A stretch of DNA of 25,329 nt from Amoebophrya sp. A120 (lineage: Eukaryota; Protista; Dinoflagellata), in contig CAJINV010000051.1 in NCBI GenBank assembly GCA_905178155.1, positions 1 through 25,329 of the forward strand, in the 5' to 3' direction. A program made the translations under genes and the position numbers. Position 1 is the stretch's first letter, and every line of letters starts with the position of its first letter. The notes below the pieces were generated by a model. The model ran no database searches. It saw only the letters and a list, made by a program, of their open reading frames with translations, and was not told the DNA's origin. Below are positions 12,993 to 21,300 of this stretch, piece by piece.

Positions 12993-13332
12993 GGCGTTGG
13001 CGTGGTGCTGGTGGCCACATCGTGCTGCGTCACCAAACTAGTTCCATCTTCTTGGAAGAAGAAGTGCATCCACCTGTGCAACTACTGCACCTCCGTGCAG
13101 GCGCACGTACACCTATACAACAAATCATGACAACACTGCTATGCATTGCAAATATTAGGCCTAAATCTGCAAACTTGTGATGACGGATGAGAAACACACT
13201 TTCACTTCCTGTTCCTCTAAGTGCACCCAAAGATGACAAGTTTTGCGATTCATTTGTGTCCTTGTTTTGTATACAACGTGCACTGTATCCCAAAAGTTGC
13301 AATGGCGTAGCTTAGGGCACCGCCGCGTCCCA
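12993..13332 (+). repeat. Dispersed direct repeat, copy 1 (~340 bp), containing a degenerate TIR element at 13140..13309
   Basis: Collinear with 17608..17937. Identical 31-nt core CACCAAACTAGTTCCATCTTCTTGGAAGAAG and identical GGCACCGCCGCGTCCCA end. Confidence 0.85.
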
Positions 13333-14471
13333 AAACTCCGTCGCGCGGTAACATTATCCAACTTATGCAGCTTTTTCTTGATGCTTGTTTTATGCCCACG
13401 CTATATTGGTTTTTTCATTTACCTGGCAGGAGCACACTGAATTCACGGAAGTACTTCGGGGAAAGTCGCGCATCGTGTGCGTGTCGGGGGGGGGGGGGTG
13501 AAACTAAAAAAGAAATGATTCGTGCTATGGGGTGTTGCGTTTGTACAGTGAGTATGTCTACGTTAACGTTTTGCACTTTTTTATAATGAGGGGGGACAAC
13601 ACAGCTGACTGAAAACAAGGCAAAGTAAGCGAGAAATCGATCGACTCAAGCAATCGAAAATGGTGAAGGTGAAACAAAGATATGCATAAACAATCAATAT
13701 GTTGAAGAAAAAAAAACAAACGAGTAGTAACACTTGCAAAAACGGTCGTAATTTCTCAAAACAAAACAGATACCATTAGTTACCAACACTAGCTCTAGTA
13801 CTGGTGCAGCTACAATAAAAGGCTATAGTCAGAGTAAATACTTCGAGGTAGAATTAGAAAATTATCGCCACGGGTACAAATCCTTTCATGCACCATAAAG
13901 CAAATAAAAGAAGACGAATGAACCAAACCCAACCCTTATTCCTGCCACTCAATCTCGTCCGGAGTGCGATTTCTTCCGCAATTTTTCGTCGCATTCGCCA
14001 GCGAGTGATTCGGGATAGTGCAACATCGGACGCCTGCTTTGGCATTCCTCGCTCTCGGAGGCTGAGGAGGAAAACTCTGCAAAGGAAAAGTGCTCCAAAC
14101 CGCGAACGCCAAGGACTTTGTAAACCAACAGACTTTCCACATCATCATGGAGAATTTTTGTTCCGCCTAAGGGGAACGCGACGCGATTTGTATCAGAATC
14201 AGAAACCAAGCCAGTCCTATGGCTTCGATATGACGAAGATGACCATAAGCACCGACTCTACTGCAGGAGGACAACCGCAATGCAAGACATAGACAGCAGG
14301 TTTTCGTTTTGTTGCATGGAATGTTAATTTACCCCAGGTTGGACGAAATGTAAGTGTATATGGAGGTGATACAAACATATTGATATTTGTAAGGAGTCTA
14401 CTGTTGCGTTTCGTTCAAAGCCACAGGAAGACCATCCCAACCTTCTGGGCGGGCACGGGCTAGGGCACTCT

Positions 14472-16481
14472 TCAACATGATAAAAACTCGGCGCGCTTTT
14501 CCGCGTTGTATACGACGGCGCGCGTCTCCAGCGCAAGCTGCAGATTGCGGTTCGCACTGCTTCTAGACCCCTGCTCCTTCTGATTTTCAGTTCTAGAACT
14601 TTCGGCGCTCGTCACTGCATCCCGACCGCAAGCGCATTTGTTGCTGACCACGACGGGCCTGGACTTCTGCTCCGCTGGCGATTTCACGTCCGTCTTGCGC
14701 CATTTGAGAAGGTAAGACAGGACGACGGATGCCAGCGTCGCGACAACGGCAAGTAGCAGGAAGCAGAAAAAGACAGCCGCCCAGTCCAGATGCCTCTTGA
14801 TGCCCGACAACGCATCTGCTGCTCCGCCGAGGTAGTACTCGTACCCGTTCATGATCATCTTCAGGCTGAAGTCAGAAGATGCGGCTTCATCTATTTGCCG
14901 AGTGCAAGACGGCGAGTCGGTTTGCTGATCTCCCAGGCACCCAGATTTTGATGACACTTCTGCCGGCAGTAAATGCCGCTCTTTCTGCATCGGTTCTTGT
15001 TTTTCCGTTCTTCCTCTCATCTGCTCATTGATTTCACCTTCATCCCCCTGCACATCAGCAGGCTGTACGGCCGTCCCGGGCATGCGTGGCGGTTGTTCAT
15101 CCGCACTGGCGTGTTCTTCCAGGATGGGCTCCTGCTCTCGTTCTTCTTGTAAAAAGGACGACCGCCGTTGCGGAAAAAAAGAAGAAACAAGTCGTCGACC
15201 AGGTCGCAACACTTGTTGAGACACCCACGAAAGCCTCCCGCTTGCGGTTGTCTTGCTCTGCCCCGCTCGCTCTCGTTTAACGTCGGGCATTTCTGACCTG
15301 CCCTCTGTCTTCATGGGTGAGGAAACGATCTGACTCTCCTGCTGCTCGTACATCACGTACGCCCTCGTCAGCCAGTCGTTTACATTTGTTCGCAATGTTG
15401 CGTAGCGATTTTCGACCAGTTGCGCATCCAACTGTGCCAGAAATTTTGCCACTTTTTCGGACAGAGCCACTTTTCTCGATTCGAGGTCCTCGGGAGGAGT
15501 CATGAAGCCGTCCAGAAAATAGTCAACAACTTCTGTCTCTTTTTTCGTCAACCCTTCCGAGAATGTCTTCAGCATTTCGCGAAAAAAAACCACAAATTCG
15601 CTCAACCTCTCGTGAATCGCTTCCCCCTCGTCGACCAATTTGCGCCATTCAGATTCTTCAGAGTTGATGTAAGATCGAGCCATTTCGATGCTGTTTTCCA
15701 TGCGTTGTTTTATCATTTCCAGAGTATCGATCGGCTGAATTATTGTATAATAATAATTGAGGTGAACTCCAATAATGCGATCTGCGAAAGCAATGTCGGG
15801 TAATCCATCGAGCTCCGCATTGAAGCCATGAATCCGGGGTGAGGAATCGGCCTGCCTCCTCGTCTGCTGTTCGTACCGTGCCTGCGTCATCCAATTGTTT
15901 ACATCTTCTCGCAATAATGCGTACTTTTCTTCGACCAGTTGATCATCCAATTCAACCAGAAATTTTGCCACTTTTTCTGACACTTCCACCCTTTTCGACT
16001 CGAGTCCCACGGCAGGGGGAAGCGAGTTGGGCTTGAGGCCGTCCACCTCGTCCTCGTCCAGAGGATGCTTAACGATTTCTCTCTCCTCATCCGTCAACTT
16101 GTTCGACAATGCTTCCAGTTTTTGGTTAAAAAATTTCACAAATCCGCTCAACCTTGTGTGAATCGCTTCCCCATTGACGACGAAATCGCTCCATCCAGAT
16201 TTTCCAGAGTTGTAAGATTCTTGAGCTGCTAGTACTTGGATGTTGTTTTCCATGAGCCTGATTATCGGTTTCAGCGTAGCGTCCGGCAGATCCATTGCCC
16301 ATCGGTAATCTTCAAAAATGCGATCTGCGAAAGGAGCAATGTCGGGTAATCCGTCCAACTCCGCATTGAAGCCATGAATCTGGAGTGGCTCCACCCCGCT
16401 AGAGGACTCTGCAAGAGTTCTTTTCGCGAAAAAACCCAGCGGCGCAAAGAGACACAGAAACAAGTCGCGTTTCTGAATCAT
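14472..16481 (-). CDS. Predicted type I membrane/surface protein, 669 aa, intronless, with duplicated helical ectodomain
   Basis: ORF 14472..16508, first ATG at 16481. Signal-peptide-like MIQKRDLFLCLFAPLGFFAKRTLA, two repeats starting IHGFNAELDGLPDIA, and a TM-like WAAVFFCFLLLAVVATLASVVLSYLL followed by KWRK. Confidence 0.85.
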   Translation of the reverse strand: MIQKRDLFLCLFAPLGFFAKRTLAESSSGVEPLQIHGFNAELDGLPDIAPFADRIFEDYRWAMDLPDATLKPIIRLMENNIQVLAAQESYNSGKSGWSDFVVNGEAIHTRLSGFVKFFNQKLEALSNKLTDEEREIVKHPLDEDEVDGLKPNSLPPAVGLESKRVEVSEKVAKFLVELDDQLVEEKYALLREDVNNWMTQARYEQQTRRQADSSPRIHGFNAELDGLPDIAFADRIIGVHLNYYYTIIQPIDTLEMIKQRMENSIEMARSYINSEESEWRKLVDEGEAIHERLSEFVVFFREMLKTFSEGLTKKETEVVDYFLDGFMTPPEDLESRKVALSEKVAKFLAQLDAQLVENRYATLRTNVNDWLTRAYVMYEQQESQIVSSPMKTEGRSEMPDVKRERAGQSKTTASGRLSWVSQQVLRPGRRLVSSFFPQRRSSFLQEEREQEPILEEHASADEQPPRMPGTAVQPADVQGDEGEINEQMRGRTEKQEPMQKERHLLPAEVSSKSGCLGDQQTDSPSCTRQIDEAASSDFSLKMIMNGYEYYLGGAADALSGIKRHLDWAAVFFCFLLLAVVATLASVVLSYLLKWRKTDVKSPAEQKSRPVVVSNKCACGRDAVTSAESSRTENQKEQGSRSSANRNLQLALETRAVVYNAEKRAEFLSC
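15315..16380 (-). repeat. Intragenic tandem duplication (units 15835..16380 and ~15315..15834)
   Basis: Unit starts are 546 nt apart. Shared blocks: IHGFNAELDGLPDIA-FADRI, GEAIH.RLS.FV.FF, SEKVAKFL..LD.QLVE..YA.LR..VN.W. Confidence 0.95.
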
Positions 16482-17607
16482 CTTGCAAGCAATGCCTGCC
16501 TCAAACAATGGACGGAAGATACTTCAGGTTCAGCGGAAGAAATCGCGACGACAAAAAAATGAATCAAGATCAACTGCTTCAACAACTACTCACACACAGT
16601 CACATACACAAACTACTACCCTGCTGCGCGAAGCTACTCTCTCAAATTTCAGCAAGCCACCTCACCACTATGGCAGCTGGATCATTGGTGCTACTTCTGG
16701 TGCGGCTAGTTGTGATAGTTCTAGCTATTATGCTCCTGTGAAAAGTGCTGCACAAATCTATAGTCAATAGTACGGGGTCCCGGGAGAACCTGGCAAGCTG
16801 CGCACAAAGGAAGAAAAAAAATCAATGGTTCTCATCTCTGAAGATGGTGCACCAGCACCAGGGTATTTCACCCGACGATAATTTATCTCGATTTCCTAAC
16901 CGCTTCTGTCCAACATTTCTAAGATGGCCCAAAGTCGCCACAATTCTGTACGACAAACAACGCGTGCGATTGTTTTGTCTTGAACGACCGGGACCGACCG
17001 CGCGAGAGAAACAGACTTGTATTGATTACGTACCTCCGATGGTATTTGTAACACGGCAGAAAGAACGACGACGACCGACACTTCTTGTGCGACACTTCTT
17101 CTAACTTACTATGCTTTTGATAGGGATAGCGCTCCAAACATTGATGTGAATGCAAAGTGTAGTTCGTAAATCAGTTCGCAGACGAAGACGAAATCTTCTT
17201 GCAACAGCAATAGGACGGCAAACTAGCATCACGCACGAACGAAAACGAAGCTCAGCATTGTTCTTGTTCTTCACGATGAGCTCGAACAAGATTTGCGTTT
17301 GTTCGAACCCTAGCGCACTTCATAAATATCTGAGTGATTGTGGCGAGAGCGGATGCCGATGCGGATGTCATTCTTGCTCCTGTTCCTTCAGGTACCTCAT
17401 AGCTTTCAATCCCATAAAGAGTTCAAGGAAATTGCAGAAGTCGTGCAGTCGCTCGCGACAGAGTGGTCGGCGAGCTGCCTCAAAGCAGAGTCGTCGCTCA
17501 ACAAGACCGAATCGTTGCCAATATAAAAATTTTACTTTATCAAAGCATCTTCATATTTTTCGCTGCTCAGAAACAGAATGGCACGATTTGGCATGGCGTA
17601 CAGGTAT

Positions 17608-17937
17608 GGCGTTGGCGTGGTGCTGATGGCCACGTCGTGCTACTGCACCAAACTAGTTCCATCTTCTTGGAAGAAGTGTATCCACTTGATGTGCAACTAC
17701 TGCACCGCGCACGTACTACACAAAGACAAATGACAACACGGCCGTGCATTGCACAGAAATTGTTCTGGGTCTACAAACTTCCGATCTAGGTTGCGGATGA
17801 GAAACCAACCACGCTTCCACCAAGCGCATCCAAACATGACAAAGTAGCCAAGTTTAGTTTATCGTTTTGTGTAGTACGTGCACGGTAGTATCCGGAAATT
17901 TGTAACAAGGCATAACTTGCGGCACCGCCGCGTCCCA
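17608..17937 (+). repeat. Dispersed direct repeat, copy 2 (~330 bp), containing a degenerate TIR element at 17743..17914
   Basis: Collinear with 12993..13332. The inner element starts CGTGCATTGCA..TTCTGGGTCT, similar to the A/B/G TIR, and ends GGCATA. Confidence 0.85.
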
Positions 17938-18374
17938 CTCGTGCGGCAACATCAAGGAAAATCGGCCCACCCGCTTGCTCTGGCGGTGGGTGCCGGCAAT
18001 ACATTCCAGGAATTCTTCCCGGTCGCTGCGCTCCAGAGATCTCGCAACTCGTGCGGCACCGGGGAGATGGGCGATACTGCAAGGTGGTGTAATATTATTT
18101 GGATAGCAATAACGTCACTCCCTTCGGATTCTTATTTCATCACGCGCCATTAATCTCCAGGCCATGGGCAGAATGACGTCCAAATGAACTTAGAAGTTGT
18201 GCAGCTAGAACTGCGTGCTAGTCGAGAATTTGCTGTTGCAACATATCGCACACATCTTCAATTCGCACTTTTGATGAAAGTGCAAAGCTAAACGTTTGCA
18301 AACAACTCAGCAGTTCGAGCAGGAACCAGTAAAACTAGAAGCACGAAGTGGAGGTACTACGTGGCTTGATCATT

Positions 18375-21300
18375 TTAAGTACTACAACATTGAACAAGCA
18401 AAAGGTAAAACAACTCGTACCCATGCCCCTTTGCAGTTCCCACTGGATTTCCGCCCTGTGTCCCGCTAGAAGTTGCGGTTGGCAGAAGCAACCCTCCAGC
18501 CGTTTGAAACAAGTCCGAAGAGGACGAGGAGTGCACGCCGACCGACGTGGCCCCACCGCTGCTTGTGTTCACGTGCTGCCCGTGTTGCAACAGAGAGTAC
18601 TTCGCGAGCGAATTCCGTATCCACAGGAAATGAATTTCCGTACGCACCGTACAAGATATGCAGCGTCTTCTGCATAACCAAACCTTTTCCGCCAGTACTA
18701 TCCTATTCAGCATGACAAAGACAAGTGACATACTCCAAGTTGTGATTGGCGAAATTTGTATATGTACGTTGCGCACGGAAAATTTGTACGTGCATATTCT
18801 GGTCACTGTCCGCACAAGGGAACTTCTCCTCCCCGAAGACGACGTGTGCCGCGTCTGCGACCTATCAACTGCAAATAACTATGTCTGAGTGATCGCTCCA
18901 CGAAGACGTAAATTTACAATGCTGATGATCGCTCCACGAAGACGACGCGCGTACTAGCAGTACGACAAATCCTATGACGGGCACGGGTATTAAAGAGAGC
19001 GCAGTGAACTACATGAGAAATCCGCATCCTGCTATAAGTAAGTATTTGCATGAGAGGGTAAGTAGTAGATTTTGGCTTCATTCGAAATGCGCAATACCGA
19101 TTTTCTTTCTTCGTGTACTTACACTTACTTACACCCGAACATGATATTTGCGATGCATAGGAGCATGAGGGGAACCAAATCCCTTGTGGTGGAGGTCGAA
19201 TACGACAAGTCCGGGTTTTATCAACTGTAAAAATGTCTGGGTCTGGAAACTTGTGATGCTGAGTGGCGTAGCATGAAGAGGCCACAAGTGCTGGCTCAGT
19301 ATGACAAATTTCTGAGCTTGTAGGTGTTGCCTATTCTGCATGACAAATTGCGTCTCCGCATGGCAGAAAAGTGCGGCTCTTGGGCAACGTGCGTGACAGA
19401 TTCAATAGTCATGCCAGACAAGCATGACAAACATGCATTCTTCCAGACCCAGACACTTTTACATTTGATAGGTTTGCGTTCACTTCAATCAGCCACACCT
19501 TTCCGCGGGCGTCCACCATGAAGTCGTAGCCGAAGATCTCGAAGCTGTTCCTGCGCTCGTGGATGCAGCCGCGCTTGGCCGCGGCGCGGAGCGAAATCCA
19601 AACCAGCCGCTTCATCTGCCACTTGATGTTTTGCCACGTGAACGGGCCGTCCAGGGAGGGTTTGGTAATGTTCGCCCCCGACGAAGGCGAGGCTGGGGAA
19701 TTAGTGTGATGGTGTGGATGACTGCTCCGATTAACATTGGTTGCAGCTGCACCTCCAGCATGGGTCGTACTCGTCGTGTTTCGACTATTATTTGGCGAAT
19801 GATTTGGGCTTCGGCTTCCTCGATTGTTTGACATGCTCGGACTTCGAGACGTCGAAGATGGGGAAAGTGAAGAACCACCCGCCTGCACCGTCCGCCGTCG
19901 TCGGTTTTCGTTCTCCCGAATTTGTTTGTTCGAACGCTGCTGCTCCAGCCAGGTCGCGAAACGGTCGCTGTGCCACATGGTGCGGTCTACATCGAAGTCC
20001 TTGATATCATCGGTTTTCTTCACGACCGCGTTGTTGGTCAAGTGCATGAACTGATCCGCATCGGACAGCCCGCTGAGGTACTTGACGCCCTTCCGCGGAC
20101 TGACGGTCGTCGCGGCGGTTGCAGCAATCGAGGGAAGGTGTACGTGATTGGGGCGGTCTGGCGTTGTTGTACTACTGTGGTCTCTAGAAGTTGTACTGTC
20201 GCCTGCCCGACCGCCGCCCGGGCTGCTACTGGAAGAGGATGAGAAAGAAGATTTCTTGAGGGCGGTTGCCGAAGAGTTCGAAATGCTGGGTGACGTAGTT
20301 TTGGTAATTGTTCCACCGTCACCAGCATTCTTGAAGCTTCCCCCTCCAGCACCCCGGTCGTCTAGCAGATCTAACGACCCGAACACAGAACCCACACTAG
20401 CACCACCGGCAGTAGTTGTTCCCGGATTCATCTGCTGCACCTCCGGTTGATAGGGATGCGTGGCGAACCTCAAGTAGCAATCCTCGTAGAACCAGGCCCG
20501 CAGATCTGGCTCGCTAAAGGCAGTAACCAGAACCCACTGCCGGATATCGAACTTGTAGGGTTTCAGTTTTTGCTTGTCTGAAGTGGATGAAAACGATGTA
20601 GAGCCAGCGGAGGCACTACTGCTCCCAGACGGTGGCCAGATATGCAACGAATGGAAAAGTAGGGCTACAGTTACACACTCGTTCAGTTCTTGTCAATGCA
20701 GTAACGCAAATTTTCTCTGCATGAGTAGAGAGAAAACTTGCAATGCAGAGTGAGATCCTAGTAAGGAGAAACTCGTAGAAGTAGACTACAAGGCTCCTAT
20801 GCATATCCGGCATGACAGAGCTTGTCTGTCTTGCTTTGCCTGCAACACATCAAGAATGTGTAACTGTAAAACTTTAAATTTTTTCGTTGCATACCAGGTC
20901 GCCGAAAACCCGTCGTGGTGGATGACCAAGGGACGCTCGATGTACTTCTGCGCCAGGTTGTCATGTGTAAAATAAACGTCCCCAACCCGGTGGAGTCAGG
21001 GACAAGGTGGCAATTCGGCTACACAAATCAAAATGCTCCTCCTATCTAATGGGGTTGCGCGGAAACTACATGAGAAACATTTTATTTGTCGTGGCATTTC
21101 GCACGACAACTCTGGACCGCGGGTTGTCGTCGTGGGGACGTAGTTTATTTTACTCAGGATACAGGTAGCGCCAGCTTCCCATACCGGTGGGACTGGTCTT
21201 TTTCGCGAACGGGTTTTGCAGGATCTTGCTCACGGTTGCGGACTTCCACTTGTGTCGGATGCGCCGTTCCTCTCGTTCGTCCATGTGCTGCAGAAACTGG

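Noticed and set aside
13486-13498. G13 homopolymer
   Set aside because: Simple repeat with no supporting context; its length may be an assembly artefact.
13364-13688. TATGCA...TGCATA pair as a possible further element
   Set aside because: The inverted match barely extends beyond 6 nt and the flanks (CAACT/AACAA) are not a direct repeat.
13854-14292. Short overlapping ORFs downstream of the membrane-protein gene
   Set aside because: No consistent start, splice model or motif could be built.
18641-18796. Alternative left end for element D at 18641 (also preceded by TTCCG)
   Set aside because: It gives an early stop. The 18618 end gives a longer TIR and joins the long terminal frame.
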